DNA of 64,000 nt. Source: Octopus vulgaris. Lineage: Eukaryota. The position numbers and the translations under genes were made by a program. Below are positions 1-14,506 of this stretch, piece after piece. Where the stretch lies: contig OX597830.1 in the NCBI GenBank assembly GCA_951406725.2, positions 13,516,001 to 13,580,000 on the forward strand, read 5' to 3'. Under the pieces are notes generated by a model. It had not been told where the DNA came from. It saw only the letters and a list, made by a program, of their open reading frames with translations, and made no database searches. Positions within the stretch are counted from its first letter, which is position 1; each line of letters starts with the position of its first letter.

Positions 1-19
1 GTAATAACAGAGACAGAAA

Positions 20-475
<456 letters not shown>

Positions 476-480
476 CATAG

Positions 481-650
481 GACGGAATTCTTTTCAGTTT
501 CCGTCTACCTAATCCACACACAAGGCATTGGTGGGCCAGAGGTGAGACAGAGGCTATAGTAGAAGACACTTGCCCAAGGTGAGCCTAAAGGACCGAACCC
601 AAGAATGTGGTTGGGAAGCAACCATTTTACCACTCACCCAGACCTGCGCC
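481..650 (-). mobile_element. tRNA-derived SINE family A, 5' half, diverged
   Basis: Reverse complement matches the head of the full copies (ggcgcagg..gtggtaa..ggttcrgtccc..cttgggcaagtgtcttctactatagcc..ggtagacggaaactgaaag). Confidence 0.85.
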
Positions 651-690
651 CACTGATATAAATATATTTCTTAGATTCACTTACGCACCC

Positions 691-745
<55 letters not shown>

Positions 746-832
746 CATACATACATACATACATACATACATACATACATACATACATACATACACACAT
801 ATATGTATATATATATGTATAAATATAAAAGC

Positions 833-889
<57 letters not shown>

Positions 890-1103
890 TAAATATATAT
901 ATATTTATACATATGCAATACTCTATAAGGCGACATTTAAAATTTTTAATTATTTTTAATCATTAGACATTTACTGGAGTGGGTCGAGAATTTCGGGTAT
1001 GGCCCTTGTCATGATACTTGACTTTTATGTACACACACACAAATGCGCGCGCGTTTATACACGCACACAAAAATACATACATATACATACATACATACAT
1101 ACA

Positions 1104-1185
<82 letters not shown>

Positions 1186-1436
1186 CATGCGCGCATTTAT
1201 ACATATAATAAGCATATATATACGCATTTACATGCATGCATACATTCAGACATACACTCATATATATATATATATATACATCAATCCAATCATCCATTCA
1301 TACACACACATATATATAGTCATGCATTTCTTACTATCTCTCTTTTCTTCTTATAAAGCTATGTATGTGTATGCATTTGTGTGTGTTTGTGGGCGCGCGC
1401 GCGGCGTGCACGTGGACATTTATATATTTGTGTATG

Positions 1437-1489
<53 letters not shown>

Positions 1490-1799
1490 AAATAAATAAA
1501 TAAATATGTATATACGTACAAATAAATAAATAAATAAATATGTATATATGTATATATGTTTTTATACGTATACATTATATATATATAGATAAATATATGT
1601 GAAACTAAAAATATGTAAGTATATCTAATATGTATATCTATTTATCTGTCTGTCTGCCTACCTGTCTGCTTGTCTGTTTATCTGTCTGTCTGTCTGTCTG
1701 TCTATCGATCTATCTATCTATCTATCAATCTATCTATCTACATATATGCATATGTAATGTATATTCATGCAGGTAAATATATGCACACATATATTTACA

Positions 1800-2035
<236 letters not shown>

Positions 2036-2156
2036 AATCTGTGTGTGTGTATGTATATATATATCCATACACAGATACATACAAACATAAATACATACAT
2101 ACAAACATACATGTATATATTTATAGATACACACATATAAATATATATATATATAC

Positions 2157-2191
<35 letters not shown>

Positions 2192-2324
2192 AAAAATATA
2201 TTTATTACTAAATATTTTTCTATTACCTATCTGTCTGTGTCTGTCTCTTGCTCTCTTTCTGTCTCTCTCTTCCTACTTATACATACATACATACATACAT
2301 ACATACATACATACATACATACAC

Positions 2325-2388
<64 letters not shown>

Positions 2389-2507
2389 TATATGCACATG
2401 TGTATATGCACATGTGTATATCTGTGTGTGTGTGTCTGTGTGTGTGTGTGTATGTATATCTGTGTGTGTGTGTGTGTGTGTGTGTGCGTGCGTGTGTGTG
2501 TATGTAT

Positions 2508-2620
2508 GGAGGTGCGTGGTTAAGTGGTTAGGGTGTTGCATTGATTATCGTAAAAATCGTGGTTTCGATTCCAGCACTGGTGAATGGTTTGTGTTCCTCA
2601 GTAAATCACCCCCTTATACC
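2508..2620 (+). mobile_element. Diverged tRNA-derived SINE head
   Basis: A-box-like gtggttaagtggttagg and B-box-like ggtttcgattcc; a related minus-strand head lies at about 26420-26556. Confidence 0.55.
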
Positions 2621-2696
2621 TGGCCCCAGTTCGCTCAGCCGGGAAACCTCGGAAAGCTGTCCCTTCGGCCATTGTCTCAGGAGAGACATTTGATCC

Positions 2697-2792
<96 letters not shown>

Positions 2793-3116
2793 CATACACA
2801 CACACACACATACACTCACAGTTATACATATGTATATACACACACACACACACACATACACACAAGATGATCGCAAAGTTCGGATTAATAGGCAACAAGG
2901 CATGTTATCAATAATGTTATTCAACTAAATTAATGAATAACATTCTGAACCCAGTTTCTTCCATGCACCCATTCATCTCCCTCTTCTTCGGTAGAAGGAA
3001 AATAAGAATTAAATTAAAAAAGAATATTAGTGATATTTCTCTCTCTACAGACTTTATGGTTACCCAGTGTACATATGCATACATACATACATACATACAT
3101 ACATAAATAAATAAAT

Positions 3117-3153
<37 letters not shown>

Positions 3154-3372
3154 TATTTATGTATTTATATATATATATATATATACTTATACATATATAT
3201 ACACACAATGTATATATACATGCATAAATATATATATATATATATATACATACATACACACACAGACGTATATATATATATATTATATACTTACTTATAT
3301 AAACATATATATATATATATATATATATATACGTATATTTATACATACATTATATATATAATTATATTCATA

Positions 3373-3487
<115 letters not shown>

Positions 3488-3879
3488 TATGGTATATAGG
3501 CATAGCATATATATGATGTGTATATGAATATACATGTCTATTTATGTATGTTTATTTATCGCTCTCACTCTCTCTCTCTGTCTACCTATGTTTGTCTTTT
3601 TGTTTCTTTCTTGAACATGCTACGACAGAAGCTTTTTGATTGTTTTCTTTGACGAGTTAAATATACACTATTGGCATAAAGGCGGATGTAGAGTAGATAG
3701 GCTGAAATTTTGGGGGTCTCTCTTTGAACGTCATTATATCTGCAAAAATCATGAAACGAATCATGAGAAGTAAGTAAACTAATAATGTTCTTTGTAGAAA
3801 ATGATTTGGCGCGCAGCACCGATGACAGTTTTTGTCGAAGAAGAGGACGCCTGACACACCTCCTTCCATTCTACTGCTC

Positions 3880-4830
3880 GGTGTTTAAACAGCTGCTCAA
3901 TCAATACTCTATGAACGGTGTCCATCCCGAACTTGAGAAGAACTTCGATGAATTCAGCCAGAGAATAGTGTCACAAACTGTATGATCTTGATATAGTCCG
4001 GAAATTAGGAGAATAGCACCATGACTTATTTTAAGTGACACAGCCGAAAGAGTATCGCAGCCAACTGTGCTCTATTAAAGGAAACACCAACTTTAAGTAG
4101 AGTCCTGCAGGGACCAGTCTTGTGGCTATTGCTATCTGTCGTTACTATATCGGGCATGCTCTCAGCTATGCAGCCATTCTTGCTAGCTATGCTGATGACA
4201 CGTAAGAATCTCGGCAATAAATAAACCATGTAATAATACAAATCTATAGCAGGAGTTTAATGCGATCTACAAGTGAATTGAAGACAGAAACATACAATTT
4301 AACGGTGAAAAATTTCTAAACCCATCGCTATCAGCCTATAAGTATTCCATAACCAGGAAACCAGGATACAAAGGTTCCGGAAGGATTGCAATTCTAGAGT
4401 CCAGACTGTACGTTACCTGGGAATAATATGAGTAATAATGTATCTCTTCGTCTACTTAGTACCAAGACAGCAATAGCATGCAAAAGGTTAGCCGGTTGGA
4501 GTCTAAGATAGTTCAGTGCAGTGCAAGAAACCATGCTTTTTTTGTGGAGAAAATTTATCTCCAGCGGCCTAGACTACTGCTCACAAGTATGGTCACCAAA
4601 ATGTACTAACAGCTGATTTAGACACAATCCAGCGATGTCTCACGAAGATCGATGCAATGCAAAAGCTAAGCTACTGGAAGAAGTTGCAAGCATTAATTCT
4701 CTATAAGTTAGAGAAACGAAGGGAAAAATATACACTAATCTGTACACGAAGGATCCTTGAAGGGCTTGTAGTAAACTTCAGTATTGAAAATTAGAACAAT
4801 TGCCAAACGGGTTGTCGCTGTAAGATCCAA
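3880..4830 (+). pseudogene. Degraded CR1/L2-group LINE reverse transcriptase fragment
   Basis: Broken-frame motifs SRVLQGPVL (GVPQGxVLGP-like, ~4096), SYADDT (agctatgctgatgacacg, ~4185), LDYCSQVWSP (~4569) and LSYWKKLQAL..LEKRR (~4667); many stops and frameshifts. Confidence 0.75.
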
Positions 4831-5379
4831 ACGTCCCAGCTCCCTGATCAAAAATGTGAGGGACATTCAATCATTGAACCAATTAAATCCTTCGAATTTG
4901 AGTCTCCTTTTTAAAAACTTTCTTCTTACTAGCTGGAATAGTAGGTTGTTAACGTCATAAGAATTTATAAAGTTCAAGAAATCATGAAATAACTTAATTT
5001 TTAACGGCTGAACTCAGTGCTGAAAAGCTGTAAGTCTATTAAGAATGTTAAGCTATTAGAAAGAAACGAATTAAAATTTTGTGAACATGGAAGAAAACAC
5101 GGTCACGTCTTCGGACATATATGGATTGTCTCCATGTTCGAAGAGCCGAACTCCTTTTTCTTCACGTCCATGGAACCATGGAATTTTAAGTAACTTGAGG
5201 AGTAAATCTTACTCACCACCCCCCCACTATTTTATTTGGGAACCGTCATTACCCACACACACACACCCGATATACTCGCTCTTAACTTCAGCTTAATTTA
5301 CTATTTTTATTTTAGTCTCCTTTGTCTGAGATCTTTCGTCACACATCCTGTGGCATCTTCGGTGATTCTCCACCCTACG

Positions 5380-5472
5380 TATGATGATGATGATAATAAT
5401 AATAAAATAATAATAATAATAATAATAATAATGATAATAATAATAATAATAATAAAAATAAAAATGATGATG

Positions 5473-5524
<52 letters not shown>

Positions 5525-5560
5525 TGATAATAATAATAATAAATAATAATAATAATAATG

Positions 5561-5618
<58 letters not shown>

Positions 5619-5620
5619 TG

Positions 5621-5669
<49 letters not shown>

Positions 5670-5673
5670 TAAA

Positions 5674-5711
<38 letters not shown>

Positions 5712-5770
5712 TAATAATAATAATAATAATAATAATGATAATAATAATAACAACAATAATAATAATAATA

Positions 5771-5805
<35 letters not shown>

Positions 5806-5816
5806 AATAATAATAA

Positions 5817-5879
<63 letters not shown>

Positions 5880-5910
5880 TGATAATAATGATAACAGCAA
5901 CAACAACAAC
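5380..5910. repeat. (AAT)n/(GAT)n trinucleotide microsatellite
   Basis: Direct array; source of the poly-I/N ORFs. Confidence 0.97.
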
Positions 5911-6084
5911 AGAAGACACGTGGGATGGAGAGTGTGTGAAAATGTCATAGGAAGTGTGACAGAATTTTTCAGACAGATGTCACAAAAATAAGAATACTAA
6001 TAAATCCGAAGTGAAGAACGAGCATATAGTGTGTTTGGTTAATGGGCACAAAACAAAAAAGAAAAGAAAAGAAACATCTCTCTC

Positions 6085-6179
<95 letters not shown>

Positions 6180-6282
6180 GTCTATCTATTAATAATATGA
6201 GGGTAAGAAAAATTTTAGAAATTGTTACTACCAATGGCCTAGCGTGTAGAAAAATAAGTCAATAGACTAATATTATTCATAG

Positions 6283-6360
6283 AAATACAGTGTACACTTA
6301 AACACTTAAGAGGTATCCTACGAAGGATACTTTTTATGTGTTTAAATGTACACTGTATTT
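6283..6360. repeat. Imperfect inverted repeat (hairpin)
   Basis: aaatacagtgtaca..taaacac..gtatcct pairs with aggatac..gtgttta..tgtacactgtattt. Confidence 0.75.
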
Positions 6361-6422
6361 ATATCTAACTATGTATGTATGTATCTATGTATGTATGTAT
6401 ATATATAGAGAGAGAGAGATAG

Positions 6423-6468
<46 letters not shown>

Positions 6469-6532
6469 TGATGGTGGCCCAGCATGGCCGCGGCCTTCGG
6501 GCTAGAACATTTTAAAGGATTTAAGGATTTAT

Positions 6533-6563
<31 letters not shown>

Positions 6564-6579
6564 AACACACAAAAACACA

Positions 6580-6624
<45 letters not shown>

Positions 6625-6749
6625 TCTATCTTTGTATGTGTGTATGTAATCCATAATCGTTAGTATGCTTATGCTCAGATTTTATTTTTGAGTATTTTAA
6701 CCTAGGTGGCTGGACATAAACTTTTTGTGAAGTTGTCAATAGTACAAAC

Positions 6750-6819
<70 letters not shown>

Positions 6820-7087
6820 GCACACAGTACACACATTAATTACATATAAAAATAACAGTGCAAATTTCCTCTCCCATTTCAGAACCAGGCATAGCGTTAT
6901 TTTTAGCATCGCTATTACACATTGTTGAACAATGGGTGGCCCTTGTCGAGAAAGACAAAATACTCGATGAAAATTTTCACAATAGGATGAAGGCTTGAAT
7001 CAGCCTAGTTATCGGTCCCCAGCCTCATCCTATTGATCATGTTCAAATGAACAATCGATGAGATCGTCCGAAAACGCGTCACGATGT

Positions 7088-7182
<95 letters not shown>

Positions 7183-7386
7183 TAAACACACACACACATA
7201 CACACACACATACGTGTGCGTATGTATAAGTGTATGTGTATGTATGTGTGTATGTATGTATATGTGTGTGTCTTAGTGTCTGTGTTTGTCCCCCACTACC
7301 ACTTGAGAACCTGTGTTAATGTGCTTACACATAACTTAGCGGTTCGACAAAACAGAATAATTCAATAAACAATCTTCAAGTAAAGG

Positions 7387-7429
<43 letters not shown>

Positions 7430-7448
7430 TAAATACATATATATATAT

Positions 7449-7499
<51 letters not shown>

Positions 7500-7500
<1 letters not shown>

Positions 7501-7661
7501 TGTGTGTCTCCACTATCGCTTGACAATCGTAACTTAGCGGTTCGGCAAAATAGACTGATAGAATAGGTACTAGGCTTACAAAGAATAAGTCCTGGGGTCG
7601 ATTTGCTCGACTAAAGGCGGTGCTCCAGCATGACCACAGTCAAATGACTGAAACAAGTAAA
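7500..7661 (+). mobile_element. SINE family A, 3' half
   Basis: cttagcggttcggcaaaa..aagaataagtcctggggtcg..ggcggtgctccagcatg..gactgaaacaagtaaa tail. Confidence 0.9.
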
Positions 7662-7702
<41 letters not shown>

Positions 7703-7705
7703 CAC

Positions 7706-7916
7706 TTTTACTTGTTTCAGTCATTTGACTGTGGTCATGCTGGAGCACCGCCTTTAGTCGAGCAAATCGACCCCAGGACTTATTCTTTGTAAGCCTAGTA
7801 ATTATTCTATCGGTCTCTATTGCCGAACCGCTAAGTGACGGGGGACATAAACACACCAGCATCGGTTTTGAAGCGATGTTGAGGAGACAAACACAGACAC
7901 ACTAACATATACACAC

Positions 7917-7969
<53 letters not shown>

Positions 7970-8124
7970 CATACATACACATATATGCGACGGGCTTCTT
8001 TCAGTTTCCGACTACCAAATCAACTCACAAGGCTTTGGTCGACCCAAGCCTATAGCAGAAGGCACTTACCTAAGGTGCCATGCAGTGGGACTGAACCTGA
8101 AACCATGCGGTTGATAAGCAAGCT
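7706..8124 (-). mobile_element. SINE family A, near full length, with internal microsatellite
   Basis: Both halves match the family consensus and are separated by a TACA/TA array. Confidence 0.9.
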
Positions 8125-8237
8125 AAGCAAGCATGCAGACTCGCGCACACAATCACACACGCATGTAAACCCGCAAACACACACATGCACTCCCCCACCA
8201 CAAACATATTTATATATATATATATATATAGGTATAA

Positions 8238-8468
8238 CTATTTCTTTACTACCCACAAGGGGCTAAACACAGAAGGGACAAACAAGGACAGACAAACGGA
8301 TTAAGTCGATTACATCGACCCCAGTTCGTAACTGGTACTTAATTTATCGACCCCGAAAGGATGAAAGGCAAAGTCGACCTCGGCAGAATTTGAACTCACA
8401 ACGTAACGCAGACGTAATACCGCTAAGCATTTCGCCCGGCGTGCTAACGTTTCTGCCAGCTTGCCGCC
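8238..8468 (-). mobile_element. tRNA-derived SINE family B with target-site duplication
   Basis: Reverse complement of ggcggc.agctggcagaa.cgttagcacg..gagttcaaattc.gccgaggtcgactttgcctttcatcctttcggggtcgataaattaagtaccag..; direct repeat tatatatataggtataac at 8221-8238 and 8471-8488. Confidence 0.92.
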
Positions 8469-8617
8469 TTTATATATATAGGTATAACATACAGATCCAA
8501 CCCATCACTGGAACTGTAAAAAAATCTGTAACACTTTAATGTAGAGTATCATTTAAGAATATATGAGTATGCATAGATGTGCAACTACATGCACGAAAAT
8601 GCATACAAACAAATCTG

Positions 8618-8671
8618 CATACATACATACATACACACATACATACATACATGCATGCATACATACATACA

Positions 8672-8705
<34 letters not shown>

Positions 8706-9152
8706 CATACATACATACATACATACATACACACATACATACATACATGCATGCATACATACATACATACACACACATACATACATACATACATACATGC
8801 ATGAATACATACATACATACACACATACATACATACATACATACATACATACATACATACATACATACATACATACATACATACATACATACATACATAC
8901 ATACATACATACATACATACATACATACATACATACATACATACATACATACACACATACATACATACATACATACATACATACATACATACATACATAC
9001 ATACATACATACATACATACATACATACATACATACATACATACATACATACACACACGCATACATACATACATACATACATACACACATACATACATAC
9101 ATACACACATACATACATACATGCATGCATACATACTTACATACATACATAC

Positions 9153-9183
<31 letters not shown>

Positions 9184-9390
9184 CATACATACATACATAC
9201 ATACATACATACATACATGCATTCATGCATACATACATACACACACACACACATACATACATACATACATACACACATACATACATACATATATATATAC
9301 ATACATGCATACATACATACATACATACATACACATATACATACATACATACGCACGTATACTACACGCACACATACACACACACACATC
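8618..9390. repeat. (TACA)n tetranucleotide microsatellite of about 770 bp
   Basis: Direct array. Confidence 0.97.
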
Positions 9391-9750
9391 TTTCATCTTT
9401 TACTTATTCCAATCGTCGGAGTGCGGTCAGGGTGGAGCGCTTTGAATGGTTTAGCCGAACAAACCAACCCTCAGTACTTGTTTTTGAATCCTGGTATTTA
9501 TTCTGTCGACCTCTTTTGTAGAATCCGTAAGTTATGGGGAACATAAACAAACCAACGTCGGTAGCTAAACAGTGAATGGGGTCAAGCATGTGCATACGAC
9601 GGGCTTCTTTGAGTTTCCGTTTATCTAATCCAGTCACAAAGCTTGGATCAGTCGAAGGTTACAGCAGGTTACACTTGCCCATGGTGACACAAAGTGGGAC
9701 TGAAAAAGGGACCATGGGGTTGGGAAACAAATTTCTTACCACACAGCAAC
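9390..9750 (-). mobile_element. Old diverged SINE family A-related copy
   Basis: Recognisable cgacgggcttcttt.agtttccgt..agtgggactgaa..ttcttaccacacagc. Confidence 0.7.
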
Positions 9751-9927
9751 TCACGCACATTTACATACACATGTACAAATACATATATATATATTCATAC
9801 ATACCTACATACATACACGCACATACACACACTCACACACCATACACACATACATACATACATATACGCACATACCCCCCACCCCCATGTAGTAATAAAG
9901 ATACGTAAGTACAGTACACACTTATAT

Positions 9928-10138
9928 GGCGGCGAGCTGGCAGAATCGTTAGCACCCCGTGCGAAATGCTCAGCGCTATTTCGTCTGAGTTCAAATTCCG
10001 CCGAGGTCGACTTTGCCTTTCATTCTTTCGGGGTCGATTAAATAAGTACCAGTTACGCACTGGGGTCAGATATAATCGACTTCATCCGTTTGTCTGTCCT
10101 TGTTTGTCCCTTCTGTGTTTAGCCCCTTGTGTGTAGTA
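9928..10138 (+). mobile_element. SINE family B with 14-bp TSD
   Basis: Full head and central domain; agtacacacttata at 9913-9926 and 10139-10152. Confidence 0.92.
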
Positions 10139-10329
10139 AGTACACACTTATAGGCATTGATGAGCAGGCATCACAATACATGGATCTAGACAGGCAGATT
10201 TACGTTTGTGTGTACAATATAATGGACTGACATGCATGCATTTATACATTTAATAAAAGACAGTTCCACAGCCATCATTTAGACACACATACAGAAGGAA
10301 GATGTGGATATACTAACAATATTGTGTTT

Positions 10330-10535
10330 CAAATTTTGGTTCAAGGCCATCTGTTTCAAAGGAAGTGGTTAAGTCATTACATCGACCCCCTGTATTCAAC
10401 TGATGCTTATTTTATCGATACGTAAGGGATGAAAGGCAAAGTCAACCTCGGCGGAATTTGTACGAAGAATGGAAAGCCGGATGAAATGCTGCTAGGCACC
10501 TTTTCCGGATGGGTAACGATTCTGCCAGCGCACCG
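10330..10535 (-). mobile_element. SINE family B, diverged subfamily
   Basis: ggatgaaaggcaaagtcaacctcggcggaatttg..aacgattctgccagc; similar copies at about 33005-33200(-), 44145-44277(-), 58875-59070(-) and 59852-60030(+). Confidence 0.8.
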
Positions 10536-10622
10536 TTAAAAATATTGACATGGATATATACCACACAGAAACACACACGCACACATACATACATACATAC
10601 ATACATACATACATACATACAT

Positions 10623-10655
<33 letters not shown>

Positions 10656-10862
10656 TACATACATACATACATACATACATACATACATACATACATACAT
10701 ACATACTCTAGTATATTTATATAATTATACAAAAAAGGGACACACAAACATACACATAAGTATGCATGCACACTCTCGCACGAACACACACACGCACACA
10801 GCCCCACCTAATATATAAGGCATAATATATAGATATATCTTTAGATAGATATGTCCTTACTC

Positions 10863-10896
<34 letters not shown>

Positions 10897-10962
10897 CATT
10901 ACGCATGTATATATATATACACACATATATATATATATATCATTACGCATGTATATATATAT

Positions 10963-11010
<48 letters not shown>

Positions 11011-11065
11011 ATAGACAAACTAATAAACAGATTGAATTGCAAAGATAACAGTAGATATACGGATA

Positions 11066-11172
11066 TTAATCGGTCTCTTTCGCCGAACCGCTAAGTAACG
11101 GAGACGTAAACACACCAGCATCGGTTGTCAAGCAATGCTTGGGGGACAAACACAGACACACAAACAAACACA

Positions 11173-11268
<96 letters not shown>

Positions 11269-11427
11269 CGACATGCTTCTTTCAGTTTCCGTCTACCAAA
11301 TCCACTCACAAGGCATTGGTCGGCCCGGGGCTGTAGCAGAAGACACTTACCCAAGATGCCACGCAGTGGGACTGAACCTGGAACCATGTGGTTGGTTAGC
11401 AAGCTACTTACCACACAGCCACTCCTG
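11066..11427 (-). mobile_element. SINE family A copy lacking the 3' tail
   Basis: High identity to the 42566-42960 copy; internal (TA)n. Confidence 0.9.
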
Positions 11428-11526
11428 TCAAAGAAATATATGTATATATGTTAGGTATGAATGCATCTCTCTTTCTCAGCAGAGCGAACTAGCGAGTCAG
11501 AGGGAGAGAAATAGAGAGAGAGAGAA

Positions 11527-11559
<33 letters not shown>

Positions 11560-12354
11560 GGAAATAGAGGGGAAGTTATAGGGATATTGAAACCAAACTA
11601 TCAAACATTAGAAATATTACATCATGATACTATAAAGTAAGGGAAAAATGAGATTAGGTAATGCAAAATATTTCCAATGATTTAACATTTAAGAAACAAA
11701 GCAGAAATTTTTAAGGTTATGAAGACATAAAACTGGTAATTACAGAGATGGAACCAAGTCTTTTATCTAAATTTAATATTGTAAATTGTAAACTTATCAG
11801 TGAACCTCGATCTCTTATTGCTTTAAAATAGAATTTCAAAGTGAGAAGAATTTTGTGCTTCTTGATAATGATACCTGCGCGTTTCGTTTTTTAGAAGAGG
11901 TATGTTAGAAATTAAAATTTCTGTAGCTTCCTAACAGCATATTCACCATGGCCTTCGTTCTCTCGTGGACTTACAAATTTTACTATGTTGCACCGCAAAC
12001 TATACTGAATGTTTAAATTTTTCGGTCGCCAAACGCGTTCTGCCCATAAATTTTGGTCTTTTACTGGAGTGCACATGGGCATAAAGACGTTTCTAAAAAA
12101 ATACTGGCTTTCCATCCAGTGTGTATTCCTGTGTATACGAAAACCCTGTAATTTTTGGTATTATGTTTTTGACAAGACAAATTCGGTTTAATGAGCAATT
12201 AAGTTACCTGGTAATCTTTGTTCTTATGCGTGTCCCATATTTCGAGACACAAAAGGTATAAACAGACGATGAGTGAAGCACCGGCACAGTTTCGATTACG
12301 TGTTGTTATCAATAGATTTATTGCAGGAACTTCATAGTGGCGGTTGGGTTAACA

Positions 12355-12421
<67 letters not shown>

Positions 12422-13131
12422 CATACATATATATATAGTGATTCAAAACAAAGCAAAAAGAAAACAAAAGCAAAATACAGAATCTACCTTCCTAGGGAGA
12501 AATCATTTCCGAGATCCAAACTAGCTCAGGTAGTGTGGCTGCAATTATGTCATTTATCATGATTTCAGGAAGCTTTTGTCTGTTGGCACTTCGGTTTATT
12601 ATTTACATAAATAACCTTGCTAATATCATTAAATGAAGTAAAAGAAAAATCTTTCCTGATGACTCTGAGCTCCAGAAAGCCATCATGTAACCAATCACAA
12701 CTGCAATCCGATCTATATGTTGCGATTCAATGGGGAAAATACAGGTAAACAGGGAAAAATTTTGAGCTCATCCACGCTAGAAAAGAATATATTCAAACAG
12801 CCATATTATTTTCTTTCCAAGAAATGGTATATCTGGTAAGAAATAACCAACGAATCACTAACAACTACCCACTTCTCGAATCATCTTTTTTATGATGCTG
12901 CAGAGATAAATGAGAAGAAGAAAGCATGCAGGTGAGCGGTGAATCGAGTCTCGAGCATTCGGTATATATATATATATAAATTAGAAAAAAACCCCCACCT
13001 TTTATCAATTCAAAATGAAAAATTAAGTTACTCCATCTAGAAAATTACATATAATAGAAATATTAAATATAAGATAAAAAAATATAACGATGATTAAGTA
13101 ATGGTGTTTTTTTCTAATTTATATATATATA

Positions 13132-13525
13132 TCTTTATATATATAAGTGAGGTTGTGTGCTGTCTGTCTCCTACGATTTAGATTCCTAACTACTCCCACA
13201 TTTTGCGGTGCAGTTTAACCAAAACCGGGTATCTTATAGTCGTGATTCATATCGAGCCCTTCTGGGTATTAGCGCGCGTCTACGATGAGTCTACGATTTT
13301 AAAAATAATTCACCATCAATTTTTCCCATTTTTAATGCATTTTTGACATATATAAGGGAAGTAACTCTCTAAAAATTTATTATTAAATCTCAGAACGTAA
13401 AAAGCTACAGTACCCCGCCCTTTGTGGTTAGCCATATTGAGATGGCTATTATACTTTACATCTCTAAAAATGCTTATATAGTTATTTCCCTTACAAACCC
13501 GAGCAACGCCGGGCGATACTGCTAG
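13132..13525 (+). mobile_element. Non-autonomous Helitron
   Basis: 5' TC after A, 3' CTAG before T, subterminal hairpin cccg-agcaacgc-cggg; near-identical copy at 51093-51484. Confidence 0.85.
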
Positions 13526-13603
13526 TATATTATATTTTGTGAAATTTGATTTAGTATTTCTAAATTGAATTTTTCCCTGTAAGTTTGGAATAATATTCCT
13601 TCA

Positions 13604-13651
<48 letters not shown>

Positions 13652-13658
13652 GATTATC

Positions 13659-13699
<41 letters not shown>

Positions 13700-13700
<1 letters not shown>

Positions 13701-13750
13701 TTACTTGTTTCAGTGATTAGACTGTGGCCATGCTTGGGTACCACCTTGAA
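13700..13750 (-). mobile_element. SINE family A-type 3' tail followed by (AAT)n
   Basis: Reverse complement ggtggtacccaagcatggccacagtctaatcactgaaacaagtaaaa matches the family A 3' end. Confidence 0.8.
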
Positions 13751-13760
13751 AAACTGTGAG

Positions 13761-13878
13761 ATGCTTACATCACCTAGGTTCCCAAAGCGGTCTCCCATCT
13801 AAAGGCTCACTAGATTTGACGTTGCTTTACTTCAGTGATCAGATGAGAACCGATGCATTCAACGTGGTATGGTCTATC
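13761..13878 (-). pseudogene. 5S rRNA-derived sequence (pseudogene or SINE head)
   Basis: Reverse complement gaccataccacgttgaatgcatcggttctcatctgatcactgaagtaaagcaacgtc..gatgggagaccgc.tgggaa..ggtgatgtaagcat follows metazoan 5S rRNA over about 115 nt with many substitutions. Confidence 0.85.
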
Positions 13879-13921
13879 TACATATAAAAATAAAAACAGC
13901 TCTAGTATAATAAATATCATT

Positions 13922-14218
13922 AACTAGACATACTTAATATATATACTTTGTGTATTTTCCGGTGGCTGTAATAGCGTGCCCGAGTATAGACACTCTCAAA
14001 GCGTCGGGTGTAAAACACCTGAGGGGAATGGACAGGTGAGACAAGTCGTCCTCAAGCAATAACTGACAAGTTACAAAAGTTGCGAAACACCCGGTGTCCA
14101 TCACTCCCAGATGGTATTTCGCCAGTTTACGACTCTGAGGTGTTTTACACCTAGCGCTTTGGGAGCTATTACAGTCGCCGGAAAATACACTAAGCTTATA
14201 CATTAAGTATTTATAGTT
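13922..14218. mobile_element. Fold-back element with central hammerhead-like motif (Penelope pLTR-like)
   Basis: Inverted arms 13922-14020 and 14138-14218; centre CTGACAA-gttacaaaagttgc-GAAA-cacc c ggtg-TC at 14063-14098. Confidence 0.65.
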
Positions 14219-14431
14219 CATAATATGTAAGAATGTATGTATATGTATATACATGTATACACATTCTTTGTGGAAAATAGCGATTTTGACGTCTATATCT
14301 AGCATATTGACTGTCCACTTTTAGTGGTCAGTCCTTTAAATATTGTATGTAAAATATATTTTAATCTTCGTATTTTTTAATATGCTAGGCCACTGGTTTT
14401 AATTGATGAATATCAATTTCTACCCTTATTC

Positions 14432-14506
<75 letters not shown>

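Noticed and set aside
6980-7090. Hairpin plus hammerhead-like remnant (tcgatgaga..gaaaacgcgtc); similar weak remnants near 975-1012, 12655-12685, 43895-43930 and 58020-58068
   Set aside because: Cores or stems are too degenerate to distinguish from chance without a family consensus
13761-13878. Functional 5S rRNA gene
   Set aside because: Many substitutions including CpG decay, a degenerate 5' end, a single copy, and a join to a retroposon tail
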